Shown: positions 1-8,571 of the stretch, in pieces
How the letters are laid out: every line of letters starts with the position of its first letter
Position numbering within the stretch: the stretch's first letter is position 1
Origin: an uncultured Chitinophagaceae bacterium
GTDB taxonomy: Bacteria > Bacteroidota > Bacteroidia > Chitinophagales > Chitinophagaceae
DNA: 46,474 bases
Assembly (NCBI GenBank): GCA_965649585.1
Contig: CBFGLL010000001.1
Location: 1 to 46,474, forward strand
Reading direction: 5' to 3'
The notes under the pieces: generated by a model
Database searches by the model: none
The model's input: only the letters and a program-made list of their open reading frames with translations
What the model was told of the DNA's origin: nothing
Made by a program: the position numbers and the translations under genes

Positions 1-72
1 GTTGGTGACTTCAATTAAGGGAAGCCATCGAAAGCATGTAAATATGCAAAAGGAACTTGAATATGCGCTAAA
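1..72 (-). pseudogene. Probable N-terminal remnant of a REP-associated tyrosine transposase (RAYT, Y1/IS200-like), running off the window edge
   Basis: Minus strand translates ...SAYSSSFCIFTCFRWLPLIEVTN. This resembles, from recall, the FxTFTCxxWLPL N-terminus of Bacteroidota RAYTs. There is an in-frame TAA upstream and no ATG. It lies next to REP-like palindromes. Confidence 0.45.
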
Positions 73-99
73 TTAGCAAAGCTGGCCTGTTTTTATTGC

Positions 100-180
100 G
101 AAGTCTATTACTCAGCGGGGTTTTGCCTTGGTAATTTTTTTGGAACGAGGCGCTTTGTGAGGCGAAAACCCCGCTGGACA
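100..180. repeat. REP-like imperfect palindrome A
   Basis: Arms cagcgggttttgcc (114-127) and ggcgaaaaccccgctg (161-176). Its reverse complement aligns with 725-802. Confidence 0.75.
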
Positions 181-212
181 GAAATTCGTGACACACCCAA
201 CGGAGGCAGAAA

Positions 213-677
213 TTAGTGCCCATAATTTATATAATCCTTCTTAATCCACTTTCTTTTTCTTGAAGAATAAATAAATATAATTTTTGAAGAACCCTCTTTG
301 CCAAGCAAAATCCCCTTTTTTCTATCTGAATCGGAGGCAACAAGATAATTAATTATGGAAATACTCATCGTCAGACCGTTTAATTCTGGCACAACTTTCC
401 ATACAATATCTCCCTCCTTGAGGATATTGTCCCTGTCAATGCATGTTATACAAATCGTTTGCACTTCTTTTGGGAGAGCGCTTTGGTAAGTGCAGTCATT
501 TTTATAAATGATGTAGATTTTCGGAACATTAGTTTGACCTCTCCATTTATAAAAATCAATTAATTTCAGGGAAATTGACGAGTCTATCATTTGCTTAATA
601 TCATCCCCTATGGTTTGACTGATACCCGAAGATAAAACTGATACGGCTATAATAGTTGTGATTAATTTTTTCATCAT
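213..677 (-). CDS. AT-rich hypothetical exported protein
   Basis: ORF 213..713; likely start MMKKLITTIIAVSVLSSGISQ (signal-peptide-like). Visibly more AT-rich than neighbouring genes. Confidence 0.65.
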   Translation of the reverse strand: MMKKLITTIIAVSVLSSGISQTIGDDIKQMIDSSISLKLIDFYKWRGQTNVPKIYIIYKNDCTYQSALPKEVQTICITCIDRDNILKEGDIVWKVVPELNGLTMSISIINYLVASDSDRKKGILLGKEGSSKIIFIYSSRKRKWIKKDYINYGH

Positions 678-724
678 AGATTTAATAAAATTGTATACCG
701 CTTCCAAGAACAAAATTATTATTG

Positions 725-802
725 TGTCCCAGCGGGGCTTTCGCCATTTAAACCTCGGTAATTAATAACCCTCCGGACAAACCCCGCTGAATAATAAACT
801 TC
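725..802. repeat. REP-like imperfect palindrome B (inverted copy of A)
   Basis: tgtcccagcggggctttcgcc...ggacaaaccccgctgaataataaacttc, compared with revcomp of A: tgtccagcggggttttcgcc...ggcaaaacccgctgaagtaatagacttc. Confidence 0.75.
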
Positions 803-906
803 AGCTATTACAAACCAGTACTTACAATAGTTTGTAATGTACCGGAATAAAATTTTAGCCAAGCCGACGGGATAGAAAGAAGTTGTAGTGTTCATTCTGC
901 CACACT

Positions 907-1040
907 GGTGCCGTAGCAGCCTGCACTCACACCCGTACCAAACCGCACTTTACTCCGTATCGCACCCGTAGTGAACCCTGGGTTACTCCGTATCGCACCC
1001 GAGGTTACTCCGTATCAACTCCGTATCAAACCTGTATGGT
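907..1040. repeat. Degenerate 11-bp tandem repeat (unit like tactccgtatc)
   Basis: ccgta-like core at 955, 966, 977, 988, 999, 1010, 1021 and 1032 (exact 11-bp period). Weaker copies at 911 and 933. Confidence 0.8.
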
Positions 1041-1277
1041 ACTGGTGGAACAACTAGCGTGGGCTCGGTTCTTTCTCCTGGCAAATTGATGGAAATCTGG
1101 AATATTTTATCCCGAAATGGATAGGGTCGGCCATCTACTAAATATACGATCCCATAGCCCTCTTTCCAAGATTTTTACCACAATTTTTTTCTCTGCTCAC
1201 TCCCACCTTCCATCGCCTGCTAATAAAAAAAGCACCACAGTTTCATGCAGTGCCTTTCAAATTTATCTCGATAAAAA

Positions 1278-1814
1278 CTATGGTTGTATCGTCACCTTGG
1301 TGCCCACGGGTATATAGCTAAACAGGTCTTTCATCTCCGTATATTTTACAGATACACAACCGTCCGTCCAGTTGTAAAAATTATCTACGGTCCATTCTTC
1401 GCCGGGGCGGGTAGCATGGATGGCAATTCCATTCCCGATCCTGGCAGAAGCAGGAATGAGGCCCTTGGCTTTTCTTTCATTGAACCGGCGGTAACTCTCG
1501 GGTGTGGGATAATCAAGCAACAACTCAGGACCCCATTTGGGATGCATTTTTTTGATAATCACTTTAAAAGTACCCGTGGGGGTGCGTTTATCACCTTCCC
1601 GCATTTTATCGCTCAGGTCCTTACTGCCAAATACGATGGGGTAAGTGGCATACCATCCTTCATCATCATATACCTTAAGCTCGTAGTCGCTTTTATCTAC
1701 AATGATGTAATAAGGATTGTTGTCAGAAACTTTAGAAGAAGGTTTGTTTACAAATGCAGTAATAGTGGCTGCACCTGCAATAAAAAGGATGGCAAAAAGA
1801 ACACGGTGTTTCAT
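1278..1814 (-). CDS. L,D-transpeptidase family protein (YkuD)
   Basis: Signal peptide; IIVDKS...GDKRTPTG; catalytic IAIH...WTDGCV. Confidence 0.9.
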   Translation of the reverse strand: MKHRVLFAILFIAGAATITAFVNKPSSKVSDNNPYYIIVDKSDYELKVYDDEGWYATYPIVFGSKDLSDKMREGDKRTPTGTFKVIIKKMHPKWGPELLLDYPTPESYRRFNERKAKGLIPASARIGNGIAIHATRPGEEWTVDNFYNWTDGCVSVKYTEMKDLFSYIPVGTKVTIQP

Positions 1815-2158
1815 CGATTAAAGGTGGTTTTGCATGTTTGGACAACGATGGCCTGTCGTTGTTTATTTTTTAACTGTGAATATTTAACAAATATCTGGAT
1901 TTCTATCTTTTTGTAAACCTGCTAAAGTTATAAAAAGCTGCGACTTTTTTCCCCATGCTACCATTAATTAAATCCTAAAAATCAACATCCCATTCGAAAT
2001 TTTACGACAAACAATCGTAAAAATCCATTCACGCCCGCATCTTAACAAAAACCATGCAGTTCCTGATTTTTTATTCGGTTTACGGTAAAAAATTTTACAC
2101 AACGAAGCGCCTGTGCGGGAACAGGCTGCGACGGTACAGGTTACCACAGGTTGCAGTT

Positions 2159-2197
2159 AAAAAAAACCTTCCATCACCGCTGCCGGCAGATGGAAGG
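2159..2197 (-). terminator. Intrinsic terminator of the ECF operon
   Basis: ccttccatc/gatggaagg stem, with an A-run at 2159-2166 that reads as a U-tail on the minus strand. Confidence 0.65.
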
Positions 2198-2219
2198 CAA
2201 AACCAAAACGAATCATTTT

Positions 2220-3092
2220 TTATAATGTGCTGAAGCGAATACCGACTGTGAAAGGACGCATATCAAGGTCATGTTCAAAAATTGATTTCGGGCTATAGCT
2301 GCCATACAAGCGCACGGGACCCAAACCAAGTTCACCGATATAGCTCAGCTTAAAACGCTCCAGGTCATACTCGCCCTTGTTCCTGTCTTTGCCACGGGCA
2401 TCACTTTTTTGTTTGTTGCGCTGGCTGTATAAATATCCCGCACTCACACCCACACTCATACTCAATCCTTTTTTACCATTTTGAGGAGTGGTAGCAAAGT
2501 TCAGCATCAGGGGCACGGTAAGATAATCTGCCGCTAACTTATTTTTTTTGAAGGCAATGCTATCCTCGAAAATAAAGGGGTTGCTGGTTACAGATCCGCC
2601 GGAGTAAGGGATGGTACCATTTTCCCTGAAGCTGATGGGGTTTTTAAAACGGTAGTTGTTTAACTCAAGACCGATACCATACTTCAGGTTCACATTGTTT
2701 TTAATAAGGCTGAGGCGCTGCATCACGATCCATAGGTTTACATTTACGCTTTTACCGGTGCGGAGTTTCATATCTCCCTTGCTAAACTCAGGTGTACCGG
2801 GGCGGTTTACCAGGTAATCGCCTGTGTTGCTGTAATCTGTTTTATCAATGTAATTGGAGAAGCCTATATCAGGAATAAACCAGTTGGTCTTTACTTTGGA
2901 ATTGGTTTTTCTTTTACGGCCCATGGTAACTTCCACGTCTTTGTCGGTATCATCGCCGTCTTTTTTTCCTTTTTTGATGATGAGGATATTACCAATACGG
3001 ATGGTATCTCTTTTTACAGTGGTACTGTCTTCCTGTGCAAAGGCACTGCTGCTTAAAAAAGCAATGGCTGCTAAAAGGGTAAATTTTTTCAT
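2220..3092 (-). CDS. Outer membrane beta-barrel protein (PorT/OMP_b-brl-like)
   Basis: Likely start MKKFTLLAAIAFLSSSAFAQ. YLTVPLML and amphipathic strands; ends FTVGIRFSTL. Confidence 0.8.
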   Translation of the reverse strand: MKKFTLLAAIAFLSSSAFAQEDSTTVKRDTIRIGNILIIKKGKKDGDDTDKDVEVTMGRKRKTNSKVKTNWFIPDIGFSNYIDKTDYSNTGDYLVNRPGTPEFSKGDMKLRTGKSVNVNLWIVMQRLSLIKNNVNLKYGIGLELNNYRFKNPISFRENGTIPYSGGSVTSNPFIFEDSIAFKKNKLAADYLTVPLMLNFATTPQNGKKGLSMSVGVSAGYLYSQRNKQKSDARGKDRNKGEYDLERFKLSYIGELGLGPVRLYGSYSPKSIFEHDLDMRPFTVGIRFSTL

Positions 3093-3205
3093 GACTTCAA
3101 TTTTTAATTTTTCTGATGTTGCTTTGAAACTTGCTGATTCATTTCCGGCCATAGGAAGGGCATCATGATCAACTCATTCATGGTTATACTTTATTGTTTT
3201 AATGA

Positions 3206-4366
3206 TTATTTAGCTGCAAACTCAAAACCTGCAATCCGAATGCTTTTGCCAGGCTTAATGTTAGCCCTGCGTTCCACATTACGTTTCAGTTTTTTGAGCA
3301 GTATGCCTGCTTTAGAACGGGAAATGTTTTCTTCGTCCAATAAAAAAACACTGTTGTCGCTTTCTTCAAAATTCAGGGAAGCGGTTTGCGCATAACCGGA
3401 TCTTCCCGGGTGAATTTCTTCGTCTATCACTTCTTTACGGATCGTAGGCGCCTGTGTCAGTTCGGGCGACTCGATGGCGTTGTTCAGTTTTTTAGGCTGC
3501 AAAGCCGCAATTTCGTTCGAAGGTAAATAAGCCTCATTTTTATTAACCGGCTCCACTGTTTCTACCTTGTTTCCAATCCCCTGCTTTTTAGGGGCCAGGT
3601 TTGCCGTCATATTTTCCTTAACCCTGGCAGTATTTTCAAGAACTTCTTTTTTGTTGTTGATCCTGTTTTCTTCTTTTGTTTCTTGCTCTTTCAGCAGGTT
3701 ATTGGCTGCCATGTTTTGATAGTTCAACGGATCATTAGAATCATTAGTTACAGCATTGTTTTCTTTTTGCGCATCATTAACATTTTCTGTGTTATGCTGT
3801 GCAGTGGCTGTTTTTGTGCCGCCAGGTTGAACGCTATCCACCTTGGCCAGGCCATTATCAATGTTGTTGCCTTGTGGGTTCATTAAATTAAAAGCAAAAT
3901 AAAAACCAAAGCCCACAACAGCTGCGGCAGCTGCCCACTTCATCCATGGCATCCTGATTACCCTTGCTTCTTCTTTCCTGTACAGGTCTTTTTTGTAGGG
4001 GAACTCAATGGTCTCCCCAGCATCCAGTTTTGTTTTTTGAAGCAACGCCCATTCTTTTTGTAAAAATGGTTCGCTGTTTATTTTTTTATCTAAAGCAGCT
4101 GCTTCAGCAGCAGGCAGTTCTTTATCGAGGTGGAATAACAGCTTGCGCTCCATCTCTTCGTTTAGAACCGGCTTTAGCAATGATGATTTATCAAAAAATG
4201 AAATGTCTTCAGGAACCAGTATGGTTTGCTGCAGCATTTCCATCTCCTCCTGCAGGTAAGGATGGGCTTGCAGGAACGACTCCACTTGTGCACGATCGGC
4301 TGCAGACAATTCATTGTCTACATACATCGAAAAGTATTGTTCGTAATTATCGAGACTGATGTTCAT
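3206..4366 (-). CDS. Membrane-anchored anti-sigma factor
   Basis: N-terminal YVDNELS..E...VE.FL anti-sigma-like segment, repeated as HLDKELPAAE. TM helix WAAAAAVVGFGFYF. Directly downstream of the ECF sigma gene. Confidence 0.75.
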   Translation of the reverse strand: MNISLDNYEQYFSMYVDNELSAADRAQVESFLQAHPYLQEEMEMLQQTILVPEDISFFDKSSLLKPVLNEEMERKLLFHLDKELPAAEAAALDKKINSEPFLQKEWALLQKTKLDAGETIEFPYKKDLYRKEEARVIRMPWMKWAAAAAVVGFGFYFAFNLMNPQGNNIDNGLAKVDSVQPGGTKTATAQHNTENVNDAQKENNAVTNDSNDPLNYQNMAANNLLKEQETKEENRINNKKEVLENTARVKENMTANLAPKKQGIGNKVETVEPVNKNEAYLPSNEIAALQPKKLNNAIESPELTQAPTIRKEVIDEEIHPGRSGYAQTASLNFEESDNSVFLLDEENISRSKAGILLKKLKRNVERRANIKPGKSIRIAGFEFAAK

Positions 4367-4382
4367 TTTTCCTGTTTATAAC

Positions 4383-4868
4383 TTAAATCACATTTTCTAC
4401 CCGCACTATATAGGCTTTCAACTGAAGCCTTGCCCGGTGGAGGTACACTTTTACCTGGCTTTCGTTCAGGTTGAGTATCTCTCCTATTTCTGCGTAATTA
4501 TAACCTTCATAATCTTTCAGCATCACTAGGCTCCGTTGCAACTCGCTCAATTTCCCAAGGGCTTCGTTCAGAATTCTTTTTGTGTCGTACCCAATTCCAC
4601 CGGAACCGAGCGCTGTTTCCGAAAAATCTTCCTTGTGATCTACCCTTTTTTGTTTGCGGATCAGGTCTATCATTTGGTGATAGGCTATGGTAAACAGGTA
4701 ACTTTTGCTTTTTTCATGTTGCACCTGTTCCCGGTTGATCCACAATTTTTCAAAGGAAGATTGTACCACGTCACGGGCATCTTCCTCGTGTTTGAGGTTT
4801 TTGAGAATAAAACGGTACACGTTATCCGCATACAGGTTTACGCAGTCGTTATATTCTCGTTCCGTCAT
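4383..4868 (-). CDS. ECF RNA polymerase sigma factor
   Basis: Region 2 DARDVVQSSFEKLW; region 4 EGYNYAEIGEIL...VKVYLHRAR. Confidence 0.95.
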   Translation of the reverse strand: MTEREYNDCVNLYADNVYRFILKNLKHEEDARDVVQSSFEKLWINREQVQHEKSKSYLFTIAYHQMIDLIRKQKRVDHKEDFSETALGSGGIGYDTKRILNEALGKLSELQRSLVMLKDYEGYNYAEIGEILNLNESQVKVYLHRARLQLKAYIVRVENVI

Positions 4869-4914
4869 ACAGTTAATCTAAAAATAGAGGGTTATTGTTA
4901 GTTGATGTAAGTTA

Positions 4915-4943
4915 TACGCAGCAGCATTTCAAAATGTTACAGC
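4915..4943 (-). promoter_or_regulatory. ECF-type promoter (probably autoregulatory)
   Basis: Minus strand GCTGTAAC-N17-CGTA upstream of the sigma gene. The same architecture occurs at 5195-5223. Confidence 0.65.
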
Positions 4944-4955
4944 TCAACCATAAAA

Positions 4956-5177
4956 TTATGCCCTAAAGCGTAGAATTCCTTCGGTAAAGTAGAGGGACGG
5001 GGTAGATTGGGGGATGGATTGTTGATTTTTGAGCTTGCAACACTTCACAGGCTCCTCTGCAGGACTCGTTTTTGGCTGCAACATGGGTTCGCAGGCAGGA
5101 TTTTCCGCAGCGATAATAATACCGGTTGAAGCGATTATGAGAGCGTAAAAAGCTAATATTTCCTTTTTAAACGACAT
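4956..5177 (-). CDS. Small exported Cys-containing hypothetical protein
   Basis: 73 aa with signal peptide, 3 Cys, and its own ECF-type promoter just upstream. Confidence 0.55.
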   Translation of the reverse strand: MSFKKEILAFYALIIASTGIIIAAENPACEPMLQPKTSPAEEPVKCCKLKNQQSIPQSTPSLYFTEGILRFRA

Positions 5178-5194
5178 GCAGTGTTTTGTAACGA

Positions 5195-5223
5195 GACGAA
5201 AATTACATTAAAAAAGTTACAGC
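5195..5223 (-). promoter_or_regulatory. ECF-type promoter
   Basis: Minus strand GCTGTAAC-N17-CGTC, 17 nt upstream of the ATG at 5177. Confidence 0.65.
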
Positions 5224-5330
5224 TATGAAAAGGAAAATGTTAAAAAAACGATAACTACTCCAAATGAAGTACACGGTAATATTCTGCCAATCGAGGCCAG
5301 CCCGCACCATCAACCTTGCTAATTATCCTT

Positions 5331-5338
5331 TAGTTTTG
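5331..5338 (+). promoter_or_regulatory. Bacteroidota housekeeping -7 promoter element for kbl
   Basis: TAGTTTTG matches TAnnTTTG. Confidence 0.6.
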
Positions 5339-5363
5339 CTGCTCCATCACACAACACAAGTTT

Positions 5364-6551
5364 ATGAATAGCAATTTTGTAAGCCGTATCGGCGCCGAAC
5401 TGGAAGAGATAAAATCTGCAGGATTATTTAAAAATGAACGCATTATCAGCAGTGAACAAGGTGCAGAGATCATTGTGAACGGCAGCACCGTTCTAAATTT
5501 TTGCGCCAATAATTACCTGGGGCTTTCTTCGCATCCCAAAGTAATTGAAGCTGCCAAAAAATACGTTGATTACCGGGGTTATGGCCTCTCGAGTGTGCGG
5601 TTTATTTGTGGTACGCAGGATATTCATAAGGAACTGGAGAAAAAGATCGCCGACTTCCTGGGCACAGAAGATACTATTTTATACGCTGCAGCTTTTGATG
5701 CCAATGGCGGTGTATTTGAACCTTTATTCAATGAGCAGGATGCCATCATCAGCGATGCATTGAACCATGCCAGCATTATTGATGGCGTGCGTCTTTGTAA
5801 AGCGCAGCGCTACCGGTACGAACATAATAATATGGAGGACCTGGAGGCAAAACTGAAAGAGAGTGCTCACCTGCGCAGCAGGATCATTGTTACAGATGGT
5901 TCCTTTAGTATGGATGGCACCATTGCCCAGCTCGATAAAATCTGCGACCTCGCTGATAAATACGACGCTATTGTAATGATTGATGAATGCCATAGCAGCG
6001 GCTTTTTGGGCAAAACAGGCCGGGGCACCCATGAATACAGGAATGTGATGGGCCGTGTTGATATTATCACGGGCACACTAGGAAAAGCCCTGGGCGGAGC
6101 TAGCGGTGGTTTTACGTCGGGCAAAAAAGAAATTATTGAAATGCTGCGCCAGCGAAGCAGGCCTTACCTGTTTAGCAATACCCTGGCGCCAAGTATCGTG
6201 GGTGCATCTATTGCTGTGCTCGACATGCTGAGCAGCACCACCGAATTAAGAGATAAGTTAGAAGCCAACACAAAATACTTCCGGGAAAAAATGACCGCAG
6301 CAGGTTTTGATATCAAGCCAGGCGATCATCCCATTGTTCCTATCATGCTCTACGATGCAGTACTGGCGCAAAACTTCGCGGCAAAACTGCTGGATGAAGG
6401 CATTTACGTAATTGGATTCTTTTATCCTGTGGTGGCAAAAGGACAGGCCCGCATAAGGGTACAACTGAGTGCTGCACATGAACAACGGCATCTAGATAAA
6501 GCCATTGCAGCCTTTACAAAAGTGGGCAAAGAACTGGGAGTGCTTAAATAA
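5364..6551 (+). CDS. kbl: Glycine C-acetyltransferase (2-amino-3-ketobutyrate CoA ligase)
   Basis: NFCANNYLGL, SVRFICGTQDIHKELE, PLP lysine in GTLGKALGGASGG, QRSRPYLFSN. Confidence 0.95.
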   Translation: MNSNFVSRIGAELEEIKSAGLFKNERIISSEQGAEIIVNGSTVLNFCANNYLGLSSHPKVIEAAKKYVDYRGYGLSSVRFICGTQDIHKELEKKIADFLGTEDTILYAAAFDANGGVFEPLFNEQDAIISDALNHASIIDGVRLCKAQRYRYEHNNMEDLEAKLKESAHLRSRIIVTDGSFSMDGTIAQLDKICDLADKYDAIVMIDECHSSGFLGKTGRGTHEYRNVMGRVDIITGTLGKALGGASGGFTSGKKEIIEMLRQRSRPYLFSNTLAPSIVGASIAVLDMLSSTTELRDKLEANTKYFREKMTAAGFDIKPGDHPIVPIMLYDAVLAQNFAAKLLDEGIYVIGFFYPVVAKGQARIRVQLSAAHEQRHLDKAIAAFTKVGKELGVLK

Positions 6552-6560
6552 ATACAAACA

Positions 6561-6586
6561 GCGACAGGCAAGTGTTTGCCTGTCGC
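6561..6586. terminator. Hairpin between convergent genes
   Basis: gcgacaggcaa-gtgt-ttgcctgtcgc, a perfect 11-bp stem. No clear U-tract. Confidence 0.55.
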
Positions 6587-6628
6587 CACCATCTATATTA
6601 AAAAATATTTGCTAATAGATTGCGGGTA

Positions 6629-6892
6629 TTAATTTACCAGGGCAGTTTCAATAGCATCCTGCAAATTGTTTTCCTGCTCAATGATCCAGCCGGGCAATTC
6701 CTGCTCTGGAAGTATCTTCCACTCCGTATTGTCTTTTTCCATAAAAAACATGATACGATTTCCCCGGGCATCAACAGTGTCTACACTAAATCTCCCCTCG
6801 GGTGTGGCGTTTGATTTCCTGAAGTTGAACTCTTTCAAATAACCATCAACTTTATAAAGCCTGGTAAACTGCAAATTTCTCACGGTAAACAT
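6629..6892 (-). CDS. Conserved-looking hypothetical protein
   Basis: Likely start MFTVRNLQFTRL; contains KEFNFRK...VDTVDARGNR. Confidence 0.7.
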   Translation of the reverse strand: MFTVRNLQFTRLYKVDGYLKEFNFRKSNATPEGRFSVDTVDARGNRIMFFMEKDNTEWKILPEQELPGWIIEQENNLQDAIETALVN

Positions 6893-7021
6893 TGGATAAG
6901 TTTTTCGCCATCGGAGCAAAAACAGTACTACAATCTTAAAATGTGGAAATCTATCAGGCGGCCCAAAATATTTTTTTCCTTGAAATATGTACTAATTTGA
7001 ACCTTCAATAGTTTTCTGAAA

Positions 7022-7330
7022 ATGGCTACCATAGCTGATTACCGCCAACTAGCCCTGGAGTTACCGGGCGTTACCGAAGTAGCTCATTTTGAACGGAGGG
7101 CCTTTAGAACTAATCGAAAGATATTTGCCAGCATGCTGGAAAAAGAGGGCATTGCTGTGGCCTTGCTCAATCCTGCAGAGCAATATACCTACTGCAAACT
7201 CGATCCAAAAAATATTTATCCTGTCCCTAATAAATGGGGTCAATCGGGTGCCACGCAGCTGAATTTGAAAAGCATCAAAAAAACAATCCTCAGGGAAGTA
7301 CTACATACGGCGTACCAGCATGCATTATGA
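7022..7330 (+). CDS. MmcQ/YjbR family DNA-binding protein
   Basis: ALELPGVTE..HF...AFR...KIFA; VPNKWGQSG. Confidence 0.85.
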   Translation: MATIADYRQLALELPGVTEVAHFERRAFRTNRKIFASMLEKEGIAVALLNPAEQYTYCKLDPKNIYPVPNKWGQSGATQLNLKSIKKTILREVLHTAYQHAL

Positions 7331-7422
7331 TTTCTCTTCCTAATTGAGATTGACCTTTGGCTAACTCTATACCCTTTCTCCGCATACATGAAGTAATTAT
7401 GTGTCCATAAAATAATTGCGAC

Positions 7423-8520
7423 ATGAAAAAAATTACTTTGCTGCTATCGATCATCATCCTGGCAGGTTTTCAGTATTTATTAGCTCAAAATGTAGGTATT
7501 GGTACTAATACACCACAGTTCAAGCTGTCGGTGCACGACGATACCCATGGCTATATTAAGTTTTCCAACAACACTACTACAGATGCCAATACCAAGGGTT
7601 CATTTATAGGAGCGTTCAGCAATGATTTATACATATGGAACCGCCAGTCAAGCGGAAATCAATTTTTTTACACTAATGGACTTCGGCGAATGACATTAGA
7701 CTCCGTGGGACGCCTGGGCATAGGAAAACTTCCCGAGGAAGAATTGGATGTAAAGGGAACATTCAGAGTTGAATCTCCTACAAGCACCGGGGCCGCCGCT
7801 ATAAAACTATACGGTGGTACCAGTAGTTTGAGTTATGTGCAGTTTTATAAAGATATCAATTCACCCACTTCCATGGGTTACCTGGGCTTTAGCCCTACAG
7901 GCGACTATGCCACTATACAAAGAGGTAGTTCTGTTACTGTAAATTCCATCGGTGTGGGTATTGGCACAATTGATCCTGATGCCAGGCTACACGTGCCATT
8001 TGGAGTAGATGCAGGCCTTGCCAATACGAACAACGGGTACCTGATGCTGGGTCAAACTACTTCCGGCAACCTGGTGCTTGACAACAATGAAATACTGGCA
8101 CGGAATAATAGTGTTGGAACTGATCTGTTTATACAAAATGATGGCGGAAACCTGCTGCTCTGCGGCAGTGAACAAGGTGCTGTTGGTATTGGCGTAACAT
8201 CCGCTGCCACTTTACCAGCCGGTTACCTGCTGGCGGTTGATGGAAAAATTATAAGTGAAGAATTAAAAGTACAACTCAGCGGCAACTGGCCCGATTATGT
8301 TTTCCAGGACAATTACCAGTTAAAAAGTTTTGACCACCTGAGGTCGTTCATCAAAGAAAATAAACACCTGCCTAATATTCCACCAGCAGCACAGGTAGAA
8401 AAAAATGGTATTGAAGTAGGTGATATGCAAAAAAGGATGATGGAAAAAATTGAAGAACTCACTTTATATATTCTTGAACTAGAGCAACGTTTGAAAAAGT
8501 TAGAAACAACAGGTAAATAA
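7423..8520 (+). CDS. Exported fibre-like protein with repeated (V/L)GIG motifs and C-terminal WPDYVF/KIEELTLY coiled-coil domain
   Basis: Signal peptide; NVGIGT, LGIGK, VGIGT and VGIGV repeats; C-terminus WPDYVF...HLPNIP...MEKIEELTLYIL. Confidence 0.8.
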   Translation: MKKITLLLSIIILAGFQYLLAQNVGIGTNTPQFKLSVHDDTHGYIKFSNNTTTDANTKGSFIGAFSNDLYIWNRQSSGNQFFYTNGLRRMTLDSVGRLGIGKLPEEELDVKGTFRVESPTSTGAAAIKLYGGTSSLSYVQFYKDINSPTSMGYLGFSPTGDYATIQRGSSVTVNSIGVGIGTIDPDARLHVPFGVDAGLANTNNGYLMLGQTTSGNLVLDNNEILARNNSVGTDLFIQNDGGNLLLCGSEQGAVGIGVTSAATLPAGYLLAVDGKIISEELKVQLSGNWPDYVFQDNYQLKSFDHLRSFIKENKHLPNIPPAAQVEKNGIEVGDMQKRMMEKIEELTLYILELEQRLKKLETTGK

Positions 8521-8571
8521 GTTGCCTCTGTTAAACAGCATCATATTCCGAACATCGAAAAGAAATTCTTC

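Noticed and set aside
100-802. Integron attC cassette
   Set aside because: The two elements are inverted rather than direct, lack clear RYYYAAC/GTTRRRY ends, and no integrase is visible.
907-1040. CRISPR array
   Set aside because: Units are 11 bp and contiguous, with no unique spacers and no cas genes.
1117-1317. 66-aa plus-strand ORF
   Set aside because: It spans the terminator region and 3' end of the LDT gene, with no supporting features.
1284-1916. 210-aa plus-strand ORF
   Set aside because: Antisense to the well-supported L,D-transpeptidase.
7423-8520. Prophage tail fibre
   Set aside because: It has a Sec signal peptide and no phage genes nearby.
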